Assembly: GCA_028534125.1 (NCBI GenBank)
Contig: CM052817.1
Location: forward strand, 65,164,001 to 65,228,000
Reading direction: 5' to 3'
Origin: Lama glama
Taxonomy: Eukaryota
DNA length: 64,000 bases
Position 1 is the first letter of the stretch, and each line of letters begins with the position of its first letter. This document shows positions 48,359 through 61,256 of the stretch, piece after piece. A program made the position numbers and the translations under genes. Below the pieces are notes generated by a model. The model did no database searches, was not told the DNA's origin, and saw only the letters and a program-made list of their open reading frames with translations.

Positions 48359-51300
48359 TAACCCACCTCTGCACCCTCCATCTCAATCCACGACCTCATT
48401 TCATGAAAACCTGCTCTTCCTGCTAATGCCAAAATGTGTGCCTTTCCCCTATCCGCACCCATCTGTCCTGCTTTTCTCTGGTTACAGGTAAGAAAGAATT
48501 CCTCTTCCTCCCATAGGCCTCCCTCCAGCAGCCACATTTTCTTTGCTCCCCGCTGAAAACCTTCTTGTAAGACTTTACTATGCAGATGATTGTCTCTTGT
48601 TTTCACCTCCAAGTCTCTCTTGAAACCCGCTTATAACTGAGTTTCTTTCCCATCAGGCCTCCAAAAATGCTCTTGTCCACGTTGTCATGTTGCCCAACCC
48701 AGGAGTCAGTTCTTTGCCTCTTTCTTACCTCTCAGGGGCATGACCACTCTGTTCCAAGCATGGTCTTTTCCTGATTTCCAGAATCTATGGGGTTGATCCT
48801 TTTCCTCTCCATCTGTCATTTTAATAGCCTCTTCACTACCTGACTGCAGGATGGCAGTTTCCCAGGGCTTTGTCCTAAGCCCTCTACTGTCTCCACACAT
48901 TTCCACGTACAACTTGTGCATAGAGATGATTTCAGATAGTAAATGACTTGGATAGCATTTTATCTTAATAGGTAAGTCTTTCTTTTCAGTGACATTAGAA
49001 AAGACTACAACCTACAAATTAAACTCACTTTAAGGCTGTAAATTGAAGAAGGGTGAGTTTAAATAGCAAAGCACATGGCAAACTTCATAAAACACCCTTT
49101 ACACATCTCTTTTCTTTCCCTAGATTTCTCCAGATTGCAGCTACCTTTGCTCTTTCCAAAAGCCTACATCAATTACTATGTCTCCTTTTTCTTTAATCTT
49201 CCCCTCAAGCATCCTTTCTATTCTTCTGCACTCATCTCCAGTAGAAACACATCTTATTGATGCTCTTCTGTACTCTGTATTGAAACTGTCTGTATTATAG
49301 AGAAGATGGGGTTCATGTGCCCTGGAAGACTTCAAAATATAGAATATACACATTTCCAGGAAGCCATAGGAAATTTACTTGATATAGAAGAGATACTCCG
49401 GGGAAGAAAGAGATGTGGCAATAAAACAATATAAACATATATTTCAATAATAAAGTTTGTCTAAAATATGTTTTTATTATCTAAGAGTCTAGAATAATTC
49501 ACATTTAAGAATGTTGGTATACTTTAGAGACAGGGAGTCTCAAAAATATCTGGGTCAAGATAAAAGCTGTCATCTTCATCACCAATTTATTTAACTAATG
49601 GGACAAAACTTTGTCAATATACAACTCTAATTATTAGATTCACATCCCTAAGGTTTTAATAGAATGGTTATAATATAATAAATCGACTATTTTCTAACAG
49701 TTCTGGGAGAATCTTTTAAATTCATAATAATGTCTGACATGATATATGCAATAATTCTATTAGTATCAATAGATTAGATTTATTAGATTATAATAAAGCA
49801 CTAAGAAGTATACTGTTTATGTAGGACAGGAAATAAAACAATACAGATGTCAATATCTTAATGAGTAACCAATTTCTATTATTATCCTATTACTGCATTT
49901 TCTTTTGCATCTTCAATGGGATTCTTTAGTATGGGGAGTCATCTCTTTTTAATATCACAAACTGTGACAGCTGATAAACTCTAAATGTGGCAGGTAAATA
50001 AGATACAAATTCTCAGTTCCTTGTGAATGAAACAATACTTACTTCATACATTTATGTAATGACTGAATAAATCAAACCCTAGCACTTTTGGGAATACATA
50101 TACTAACTATATTCCTGAACATTGATATGTTAAAAATTAAGCCAACTTTGTTAAATAAAATACCTTTTGTCTCTCTGCATTGGAAAAATTATAATGACAA
50201 AAATAAAAAAAAATCTTGAAGCGCTGTTATTTCACTCCAAGTTAGAATATGTGAAGAATGACTGATTTTAATTATGGTTGGCATGTCTGGCCTTTTGTTG
50301 ATGGACCAGTGATTTTTGGTTAGTATAAATAAAGATATATGTAATTAATAAATCATTATTTATTTACTCCATAATAATTATTCCTGCTTTCATTTTAGAA
50401 ATGTCACTAATTATGTTATGCTCAAGATTTTCATTTGATATATGTTGACAGTATGCAAAATTAGATATTTCTTGATTCATCAAAACATTTTAATAGTTTC
50501 AAAATGAATTTTAATTGGGCAAAATTTTGCTGAGGCAGTAACATCTGAATTTTTAATATAGTTCTTAATGTAATACTTAGATTTGGTAATGAATGATGAA
50601 TTTTACTTCAAGTGTTGTCATTGGTTTGCATATGATAAATTATTGTTACCTTACAAGATTTTACAAAATATTTAAAATTTCATTGGCATCATCTTTATTG
50701 CTATTTGTGCTGTCTCTTACGGCAATGTGTAAATCTGTATAGTAATATAAAGAATTGATAGCACGCTTGACTGGTGCCATATTTAGACTTACATATTCAA
50801 CTGTAATATGAATTACACAATATTGAAAAATATTCCTCAGCTACCATGTGCAATTGTGGTGATTATCATACTAGTTTATGAGCACATCTGAAGCCACAAA
50901 TGGAACACACACAAGAAAGCAAAAATGTGGACACTAAGCGTTACTGGGAAACCATATTTCATTACACAAGAAACTATTTCATTGCCCTGGTTTCAGAATT
51001 GCCTTGTAGATATGCGATGCTGTCAGCAAGCAGCCCTATTTCTAAAAAAAAATGTGTATTTCCAGGACATAAGAAGTCAAATTTCTATGTGTTAGAGTTA
51101 TATGATAGAGGAGAAACACAGATTTTTTAAATGTTACCAATATTTGAGATAGTGAATTAAAAATACATATCTACATACCAGTAAGGTTTAAAGTTGCCAT
51201 AAATTATTGATGCTAATTTGTAACTCTATTCAAAATCAGCTTAAATATGCATAATGGTGCTAAATTTCTAAGACTCAATATAATACTCAACAGTCATTTT

Positions 51301-51454
51301 CAATATAAGTGAAATTCACAAATATTAGAGAGGCAAAATTTTGACTTAATGAAAGAGTGGTCTGTGGACTATAAAGAAATAATTAATATTCAGGGAGTTG
51401 TGTATATTGACAACTGTGTGACAAAATCCGAATATAAGCAAGGTATGTATTTTT

Positions 51455-51880
51455 TTAAATTTTTATTTTTATTTTATCGCAGTAAGAACTCTTAATAAGA
51501 AATTTACCCTTTTAACATATTTTAAGTGTGCAATACAATATTGTTAATTATAAGCATGATGTTGTACAACAGATGGCTAGAATTTATTCATCTTGCATAA
51601 CTGAAACTTTATACCTGTTGATTAGCAACTCCTCATTTCCCCTGACCCCTACCCTTGGCAATCAGTGCTCTGCATCTAGGAGTTTGCCCATTTAGACACC
51701 TTATGTGAATGAGATTGTGTAGTATTTGTCCTTCTGTGACTGGCTTATTTCACTCAGTGTCATGCGCTTCAGGTTCATGAATGTTGTTACAAGTGGCAGG
51801 ACATCCTTCATTTTTAAGGCTAAGTAATATTCCATAGCATGTATATACCACTTCTTTTTATTCATTCATCCATCCATGTA
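51455..51880 (-). mobile_element. L1MA/MB 3' end fragment
   Basis: T-rich tail then AAATTTACCCTTTTAAC...ATTCATCTTGCATAACTGAAACTTTATACC...GTATTTGTCCTTCTGTGACTGGCTTATTTCACT. Confidence 0.8.
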
Positions 51881-52519
51881 CAAGATAAGGATGACTTTAA
51901 ATAAGCCACATGTTAATATGTGAGATATATGGTAACATATTTTTTTACAAACTTGTGAGATATATTTTATTGCTTTATTGAAATCTACTCATTTATTTAC
52001 TTCTGGGATTTTATTTTTAATTAGAAGTTGAGAAGAGAGAATTAATTTGGTTCTAAGAAACCTTAATCCCCTACCTTATTTAATATACCTATACCATTTT
52101 ACTAATGGAACAAAATGCCTTCTGAATTTTTGATCAAAGAGCCACCAATTTATAGAGCAAAAATAGAGTCTGTTTCTGAACAACCAACTACATTCAGTCA
52201 CAATGAATATCTCTTGAAAATTCATCATATATTAGCTACTGTTCTAGACAGTGGTTTACAACAGTGAACAAAAACAGAGTCTTGCGTTTAAGGAACTTAC
52301 ATTCTTGTAATGAGATGGAGTTGGGTAAGGACACAGATAGAGAACAAATAAGTAAACTATATCAAATGTCTGAGGGTAAGCACTATGAAGAAAACAGGTC
52401 TGGATGGGGGAATGGGGAGTGCTGGGCAGAGGCTGCAGTTTTAGAGGGATTGTCATGGAAGACCTCACTGAGAAGGTGATTTTGAGTCATGAACAGGTAA
52501 GTATTAAAATACACACACA

Positions 52520-54545
52520 TTTAAAAAAATAATCTCAAACTTACAGAATAATTACAAATACAATACAAAGAACTCTTTTATTCCATAAACCATCTCACAG
52601 TAAGTAGCTGACCTGATACCCATCACCCCCAAATACTTTGGGGTGTATTCTTTACAAACAAGGATATTCTTCTACATAACTGCAGGATAACAATCAAAAC
52701 CAGGACATTACCATTCCTACATCACTACCATCAAATCCACATTAAGTCCACAGACCCCACTCAAGTTTCTCCATTTGCCTCAAAAATGTCCTCTATTGCA
52801 AAAGGACAAAGTTATGGAATCATGGATTGCATTTAGCTGCCATGTTTTGTTTTTTTTTCATCCTCAGACTGGAATAATCCATCAGCCTTTCTTTGAATTT
52901 CATGACTGACACTTTTTTAAAGATTATAGACCACTTATTTTGTAAAATACCTCCCAGTTTGAATTTGTCTGTTGTTCCCTCATGATTATATTCAGATGCT
53001 GCAGCTTTAGTGGGAAGATCACAGAGATGATGCTCTGTTCTCAATGCATTCTTTCCGGTGGCTCATGATTTCAGTTTGTCCCAATATTGATGCCATTTAC
53101 TTGGATCAGGTGATTAAGGGATAGTCGGCCAGGTTTCTCCACTGTGAAGTTATTTCTCTTCTTTTTGTAATTAATACATGTTTTATAGAGAGGTGCTTTG
53201 AAATTTTGCTCCTCATTCTATTTCTTATCAAACTTTTTATCTATCATCTAGCTAGCTAGCTATATTGCTGAATCCATGATTTCTTATTTTATTCAATGCA
53301 TTGTAAGTTTTACTACCATTGTTTACCCTTGTGACTAATGTTCCCACATTTGGCTGGTAGGAGCTCCTTCCAGTGGATGCAGTGTGTTTTTGACATGTTC
53401 CTATCTCTCTGGAGCATTTCTTTGGGAGGAAAAGATACCCAGGCTCATTTTGTGCTTTGCTAATCCTATTTCTGGAATCAGTTATTTTTTCAAAGAGCCC
53501 TTATCCCTTTCATTGGAGACTGATGTATAAGCCATGATCCAGGTGCTTGGTGTGCCAATTGCTGTTGGGAGTGGGGTGGCAATGGGAATGATCACTGCTC
53601 CAGGGCCTTATCAGTGGTTATAGAGAGGGAATATACTATGTGGCATATACATGTGCACACACAGCTACATACACACAGATATATAAACACACATGCACAT
53701 ATTTACAACTGCATTAATTCCCGCAGTCATCTATAAGTATCTGTGAGTTTGATACCTTCAGTTCCAATCAAACAACACAGAACTCATTCTAGTTTTCTTC
53801 CATTTCACGTTTCTTTGATCCATCTGCTGCAGCCCCTGCCCCATGTGAAGCATCCCCATCCCAGCCCCAGGCCTAGGCTTTGATTCCCTGCACTAGGCTA
53901 CTTTCCTCCTGCTACAAATGCACATTCCTCCCTCAGGCTTATCTACACCCGGCCAGGCCACTTCCCCTGCACAGATGATCTGCTCACCTCTCCTGGGCTT
54001 GGGCACCCTGCACTGAGCCTTCCTCTGTGCTGATGGCCTCTTTATCCTGTTTGAGCTCTGGCAATTCCATCTGGGTCTTCTTCCCCCATGTGGATTCCCT
54101 CCTCAACCCACTCTGGCTCTGAAACCCTATACCAAATGTCCCCATGTGGGGACATCCTCTTCGGGCTCCGAATCCCTGCCTGAGCTGTCTTCCCAGGCTC
54201 ATTTGAAAGCTTTCCTCACCCAGTTTCTGACTCCGACACCTGATACCAGGTTGCTTTCACTCCAGCATGGCAACCTTACTCTTTTGGGCTCCAAGGCCCC
54301 ATGCTGGGACTCTGTCCTCGTGTGGAGGTCTTCCTCACTCCACTTGGGAGCTGACATCTCCCTCCAGGCCCCTATCCTTGCATGGATGCCCCCCTCACCC
54401 TTCTCACGCTCCAACACCACGACCTGGACCACCCCTTCCCAATGTGGATGCTCTTCTCATTCCTCGTGGGCTCTGACACCGCATGCAAATCAGCCCCTTT
54501 ATGTGGATCCCTGCCTCCTCACCTAGCATCTTTAGGCCTGAGTTG
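52520..54545 (-). mobile_element. Old L1MC4/5-like 3' region including a C-rich degenerate tandem array
   Basis: AATCTCAAACTTACAGAA 3' end motif, AAACAAGGATATTCTTCTACATAAC, etc.; C-rich ~60-bp repeats at 53840-54545 follow directly. Confidence 0.65.
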
Positions 54546-54630
54546 TTCAGAAAGAGGAAGGGGATTGGGAGGGAAGGCACATGAAAGGGCGTGGATGGAG
54601 AAGAGAAAGTTGAGCAATTGTTATTTTTAA

Positions 54631-54759
54631 ATTTTATTTTTTTATTGAAGTGTAGTTGATTTACAATGTGAGTTTCAGGTCTGCAGCAAAGCAATTCAGT
54701 TATACGTATATATGCACATATATAAATACATATATTTTCAGATTCTCTTCCATGAGAAA
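54631..54759 (-). mobile_element. Short 5'-truncated young L1 3' end
   Basis: Reverse complement of the 3' terminus of the 47 kb L1 (TTTATTGAAGTGTAGTTGATTTACAATGT...); flanked by TTATTTTTAA at 54621-54630 and 54760-54769. Confidence 0.8.
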
Positions 54760-54804
54760 TTATTTTTAATAAGCAAAAATAATATGTGTATGTCATGGTA
54801 CCAT

Positions 54805-55160
54805 GCTCTCTTAGTCCACCCAGTACAGACCTGGTACCTCATAAACAACAAACATTTTGATCTCACAGTCCTGGAGGCGGGAAGTCCGAGATCAGGGTGC
54901 CCGTGCTGTCAGGCGCCGGCGAAAGCCCTCTCTGGGTTGCAGAGAGCTGGCTTTTGCTCTGTCCTTCCCATGTGGTGGAAGGGGAAAGGATCTGTTTGGA
55001 GTCCCTTTACAAGGGCACTAATCCCATTCCTCAGGATTCTGCCCTCATGACCTAATAATCTCCTTCCAAAGTCTCCACCTCCTAATTCCATCATCTTGAG
55101 GATTAGCATTTCAACGTCTGAATTTCGGAGGGACACAGACATCCATGCCAATCTGGAATT
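54805..55160 (-). mobile_element. MLT1A/B (ERVL-MaLR) LTR
   Basis: AAACAACAAACATTT..TCTCACAGTCCTGGAGGC.GGAAGTCCGAGATCAGGGTG...GGCACTAATCCCATTC...CCCTCATGACCTAAT consensus motifs. Confidence 0.85.
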
Positions 55161-56334
55161 AGCCTTCAATTTGAATCAGACCAACTTTTGTTTTTAAGCC
55201 CCTGAAGGAAATAGTTGCCATGAATCTCAATCCCTTGCTCTGAAAAAGAGGATTTGAGTCACCCTCAGGCCACAGGAACTAACATTTTCATGCACAATCA
55301 AGTTTAGTGACTAGGAAGTCCTAGACCACACATCTGAAAAGACAGGGATGTGGGGGACAATGAGGAAAAGCTGAACCATTGAAAAGTAACGTTTACTAAC
55401 GTGTGATGAATATGATGACCAAAGTACAGAACCAATCCACTAACAAACATTTACAGAGTGTTTGCTGAGACACAGAGGATTACTATCGACCAATCTTTTC
55501 ATATTTCAATAGTCTCTTAAGATTTCTGTTTATAATAACACAGCAACACTCAAAATGCTGAATGAGTCATCCATGAGAGGCAAAGTGAAGTTCCATTTAC
55601 TTTGTCTATAAAAGCAGGAAGGTATAAAATACACACATTAGATGGATTTCAAAAAATGGCTGACAATTATTTAGTGCTTAAGTTTTAGTTATCTGGGAAA
55701 TGTACATATGGAAAAACTCCATTTATAAGAATCATCAGAAAATAAAGTGCTATTGTTTGTATTAGAGCCAAGTCAAACTCGAGGTCCTGCACTGTCATTA
55801 CCTTCAGCCAGCTGCTGGACCTTGGGGTAGTCATTGTACTTCTTAAGACTCTCTGCTTCCTTGGCTATAAAATAAAGGAGTTGGTCTGAATTAACTCAAA
55901 GATAATTGTCAACTCTAAAATTCTATATCTTAAAGCAGATTAATGTATGGGCTTTTTATCTCACAAAAAGAGCTTAAAATGTATACAAGTCATTAAATGG
56001 TAAAGTATATTGTGCAGGTAATTGCCCAATGGGGCAGAGATACTAGAAATGAAATCTTCACTCACAAGACACCTGCACAAGTCTAAGAATAAGGTCTGGT
56101 TTTCTCTTAACTGGTACAAAATTTGAGTACTGGTATATGGAATCCGTAAATAATTTATCATTCGTGACTTACATTAGAGAGCAGGTGTTAGAATTTTTCA
56201 AAAGGTAATTTCCCTCTGCAACTTGTCTTTCCCAATGTATAAAGCATTAGAAAGCTCCCTGGACTAGGGATCAGAATAACTAATATTTGTGTGGTGCTTC
56301 CTCTATTAATACTTCTAACTCCCATTTTCTCTTC

Positions 56335-56618
56335 TTTCTTTGTTTCTTTTTTCTTTCTTTTTTTTTAAATGAGGTATAGTTGACTTAAAAATGTGTTAGT
56401 TCCTGGTGTACAGCATAGTGATTCAGTTATACATATATATTATTTTTATATTCTTATTCATTATAGGTCATTGCAAGTTATTAAATATAGTTACTTACAA
56501 AGCAGAAACAGACTCACAGACATAGAAAACAAACTTATGGCTACCAAAGGGGAAAGGGTGAGGAAGGATAAATTGAGAGTTTGGGATTAGCAAATACAGA
56601 CTACTGTACACAGAACAG
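56335..56618. mobile_element. Young L1 3' end with internal inversion, truncated by gap
   Basis: 56335-56492 is the minus-strand L1 terminus; 56493-56618 is the upstream 3' UTR part on the plus strand (compare 47590-47720). Confidence 0.85.
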
Positions 56619-57118
56619 NNNNNNNNNNNNNNNNNNNNNNNNNNNNNNNNNNNNNNNNNNNNNNNNNNNNNNNNNNNNNNNNNNNNNNNNNNNNNNNNNN
56701 NNNNNNNNNNNNNNNNNNNNNNNNNNNNNNNNNNNNNNNNNNNNNNNNNNNNNNNNNNNNNNNNNNNNNNNNNNNNNNNNNNNNNNNNNNNNNNNNNNNN
56801 NNNNNNNNNNNNNNNNNNNNNNNNNNNNNNNNNNNNNNNNNNNNNNNNNNNNNNNNNNNNNNNNNNNNNNNNNNNNNNNNNNNNNNNNNNNNNNNNNNNN
56901 NNNNNNNNNNNNNNNNNNNNNNNNNNNNNNNNNNNNNNNNNNNNNNNNNNNNNNNNNNNNNNNNNNNNNNNNNNNNNNNNNNNNNNNNNNNNNNNNNNNN
57001 NNNNNNNNNNNNNNNNNNNNNNNNNNNNNNNNNNNNNNNNNNNNNNNNNNNNNNNNNNNNNNNNNNNNNNNNNNNNNNNNNNNNNNNNNNNNNNNNNNNN
57101 NNNNNNNNNNNNNNNNNN
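56619..57118. other. Assembly gap (exactly 500 N)
   Basis: Run of N counted from the sequence. Confidence 1.
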
Positions 57119-58944
57119 AAAAAAAAAAAGACTTCTTGGTATATTTTGGATAACAGTCCTTTTTCAGATATGTCTTTTGCAAATATTTTCCCCCAGTCTG
57201 TGGCTTGTGTCTTTATTCTTTTGGCAGTGTTTTTCACAAAGCAAAACATTTTAATTTTAATGAAGTCCATCTTATCAATTCTTTCTTTCATGGACTGGGT
57301 CTTTGATTTCATGTCTAAAATGTTATCACCAAGCCCAAGGTCATCCACATTTTCTCCTACGTAATCTTCTAGGAGTTTTTAAGTCTTATTTTACATTTAG
57401 GTCTGTGTTAATTTTTGTGAAGAGTGTAAGGTCTGTGTCTAGATTCACTTCTTTTCACGTGGATGTCCAATCTTTCTAGCACCCATCTACTGAAAAGACT
57501 ATCTTTTCTCCATTTTCCAATTGCTCCTTCATGAACGATTGCTGACCATATTTATGTGAGTTTATTTCTGGGCTCTCTGTTCTGTTCCACTGATCTATTT
57601 GTTTATTCTTTCACTAATGCTACACTATCTTCATTACTGAAGGTTTATAGTAAATCTTGAAGTTGATTAGTGTCAGTCCTCCAGCTTTGTTCTTTTCCTT
57701 CAATATTGTGTTGGCTATTCTGGGTATTTTGCCTCTCAGTGCAAGCCTTAGAATTTGTTTGCCATTATTCACCAAATAGTTTTCTAGGATTTTGATTAAA
57801 ATTGCTGAATCTACAGATCAATTTGGAAATAACTGACACCCTGATAATAGTGAGTCTTTTCTATGTATGAATACGGAATATCTCTTTATTTATTTAGTTC
57901 TTGATTTCTTTCATCAGTGTTTTGTAGTTTTCTTCATATAGATCTTCTATATGTTACATTTATGCCCAGATATTTCATTTTTGGGGTGCTAACACAAATG
58001 TTGTTTTGTTTTACTTTCAAATTTCACTCATTCATTGCTGGTGTATAGGAAAGCAATTGACTTTTGTACGTTAATCTTGTATCCTGAGACCTTGCTATAC
58101 TTTATTATTAGTTCTAATTTTGGTCAATTATTTCAGAATTTCTACATAGATGATCATGCCATTTGCAAACAAAGATACTTTTACTTCTTCTCAATCTGTA
58201 TATCTTTCATCTCCTTTGTTGGGGGTCTTATTGAGTTAGCTCAGACTTCCAATACAATGTCCAAAGGGAGTGGTGAGAAGGTACATCCTTGCATTTTTTC
58301 TTAATCCTAGTGAGAAAGCTTCTAGGTCCTCACCATTCAGTATGATGTTACCTGAAGGATTTCTGCAGATATTCTTTATTAAATTGAGGAAACTCCCCTC
58401 TATTCTTAATTTATTGAGAGTTTTTATCATGGGTTTTGGATTTTGTAAAATGCTTTTTCTGCATCTATTGACATGATGTTTTCCTCTTCAGCCTGTTGAT
58501 GTGATGGATTACATTGATTGATTTTTGAATGCTAAACCAGCCCTGCATACCTGGGATGTATCCCACTTGGTTGGGATGTATGATTCTTTTTATATACTGT
58601 TGGATTTGTTTAGATAATATTTTGTTGAGGATATTTCCATCTATGTTCATGGGAGGTATTGATCTGTAGTTTTCTTTTCTTGTAATGTCTTCATCCAGTT
58701 TGGGGGTTGAGGCAATGCTAACCACATGGAGTTAGGAAATATTCTCTTTGCTTTTACCTTCTGAAAGACGTTGTAGAGAATTGGTAAAACTTCTTTAAAT
58801 GTTTGCTAGAATTCACCAGTGGAATCATTTGGGCCCAGTGCTTCTGTTCTTTGAAGATTTTTAATTTTTTATTGAATTTCTTTAGTAAATACAGGCTTAT
58901 TCGTATTGTCTATTTCTTCTTGTGTGAGATTTGGCAAATTGTGT

Positions 58945-59051
58945 CTTGCTCAGTGCAGGGTTGCCACAAACCTTCAACTTGTAAAACAATGCAATATTGA
59001 AACATCGTTCAAGTACAATAAAGCAAAATACAATAAAATGAGGTATGCTTG
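58945..59051 (-). mobile_element. Tigger1 5'-terminal fragment nested in L1
   Basis: Reverse complement CAAGCATACCTCATTTTATTG...GTTGAAGGTTTGTGGCAACCCTGCA matches the recalled Tigger1 start; TA at 59052-59053 flanks the TIR. Confidence 0.8.
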
Positions 59052-61204
59052 TATTAGTAATTTGTGTCTTCTTTCTCTTTTTCTTATTCTAGCTAGAGGT
59101 TTATTGATAGCATGGATCTTTTCAAAGGGCCAACTTTTAGTTTCATTGATTTTTTTCCCTTTGCTTCCCTGTTTTCAGTTTTATGTATGTGTGCTGGAAT
59201 TTTTAGTATTTCTTTTCTTCTACTTACTTTGGGTTTAATTTGCTTCCTTTTTTTTTTATCTAGTTTTCAAAGATGGAGGCTTGAATGATTGATTTTTGAT
59301 CTTTCTTTTTTCTAATGTATGTATTTTAATGCTATAAATTGCCCTCTAAGCACTACTTGTGCTACCTCCCACAAGTTTTGCTAAGTCTTGTTTTTTATTT
59401 ATTTCAAAACATTTTTGAATTCTTCTTGAGATTTCTTCTTTGACCCACGTGTTGTTTAGAAGTGTGTTGTTTAATCGCAACATAATTGGAGGGATTTTCC
59501 AGATACCTTTCTGTTACTGAGATCTATTTATATTCCATTGTCTGTGGGCAAACTTTTTGTGATTTCTATTCTTTTAAATTTGTTAAGGTGTGTTTTATGG
59601 CTCATAATGTGGTCTGCCTTGGTGAATGGTTCGTGTGAGCTTGAGAAGAATGAATGTGTATTCTGCTGTTGTTGAATGAAGTAGTCTATAGATGTTCATT
59701 ATATCTATAAATCATGGCAGTATGGCTGAGTTCTATGTCATTACTGATTTTTGCCTGGTGGATCTGTCCATTTCTGATAGAAGGGTCTTGAAGTCTCCAA
59801 CTATAGTTGTGGATTCATCTATTTCTCCTTGCAGTTCTATTACTTTTTGCCTTATATCTTTTGGTGTGTTGTTGTTAGGCACATACACATTAAGGATTGT
59901 TACAGCTTCTTGAGAATTGACTCCTTTTTCATTATGTAATGCCCTTTTTTTACCTCTCATAACTTTCCTTGGTCTAAATTCTGCTTTGTCTGAAATTAAT
60001 ATAGCTACTCCTGCTTTCTTTTGACTAGTGTTAGAATGGTATATCTTTCTCCACTCATTTACTTTTATTCTATATGTGTTTCTATGTTTAAAGTGGGTTT
60101 CTTGTAGACAACGTATAGTTGGGTCTTGTTTTTCTGATCTGTTCTGACAAAACTGTCTATTAATTTAAGCATTTAGAACATTGATGTTTAAAATAATTAT
60201 TGGTATAGTTTTATTTGTATCTACCATATTTGTTACTATTTTCTATTTGTTGCCCTTCTTAGCTCCAATTTTGTCTTCCACTCTTCTCTTTCTTTTGTGG
60301 TTTTAATTGAGCATTTTACATCATTCCATTTTCTCTCCTTTCTTAGCATATCAGTTGTTCTTTTTTCAATGTTTTTATGGTTACTGTAGAGTTTACAGTG
60401 TACATTTACAACTAATCTCAGTTCACTTTTGAATAACATTGTACAGCTTATGTGTAATGTGAATACCTTATAATAGCAAAACAATCCCAACCCCTCCCTC
60501 CCATCCCTTGGATCATTGCTGTCATTCATTTCACTCATATATAAGCATATATATGTATATATACATATATAATACATCATTGCTAACTATTTTGATAAAA
60601 GCTATTACCTGTTAGATCACATAACAATAAGAAAAATAAGAGTATTTATTTAATCTTGCCTTATTCTTTCCCTGGTGCTCTTCTTTTCTTCATGTAGATA
60701 AGAGTTTCTAACCTATGTCATTTTCCTTCTCTCTAAAGAATTTATTTTAAAATTTCTTGTAAACCAGGCCTAATGGCAACAAATTCCCTCAGTTTCTGTT
60801 TGTCTGAGAAGTCTTTCTTTCTCCTTCACTTTGAGGAATAATTATGCAGGTAGAGAATTTGAGCTTGGTGGGATTTCTTCTCTGCCCTTTAAATGTTTTA
60901 CTCCACTCTCTTCTTTCTTGCATGGTTGCTGTGGAGCAGTTGGCTGTAATTCTTATCTCTTCTCCTCTGTAAGTAAGTGGTTTTCCCCCCTGGCTTCTCT
61001 CAGAATTTTGTCTTTATCTTTGATTTTCTGTAGTTTGAAGGCAATATACCTAACTATCATTTTTTGGGGGCAGTTATTCTTCTTGGTGTTCTCTGAGATT
61101 CCCAGATCTGTGGCTTGATATGTGACATTAATTAATGGAAATTCTCAGTCATTGCTATTTCAAATATTTCTTCTGTCCCTTTCCCTTTCTTCTCCTTCTG
61201 GTAT

Positions 61205-61256
61205 TATATCTATAGAGAGAGATATATATAGATATATATAGATATATATATATCTC
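61205..61256. repeat. (GATATATATA)n / AT microsatellite
   Basis: Three tandem GATATATATA at 61221-61250, read directly. Confidence 0.9.

Noticed and set aside
53840..54545. CRISPR-like repeat-spacer appearance and 126-130 aa ORFs
   Set aside because: Mammalian context, no identical direct repeats, no cas genes; contiguous with an L1 3' region.
57146..59960. Reverse transcriptase/endonuclease peptides as an active retroelement or novel RT system
   Set aside because: Fragmented by stops and frameshifts; an ordinary dead L1 ORF2.
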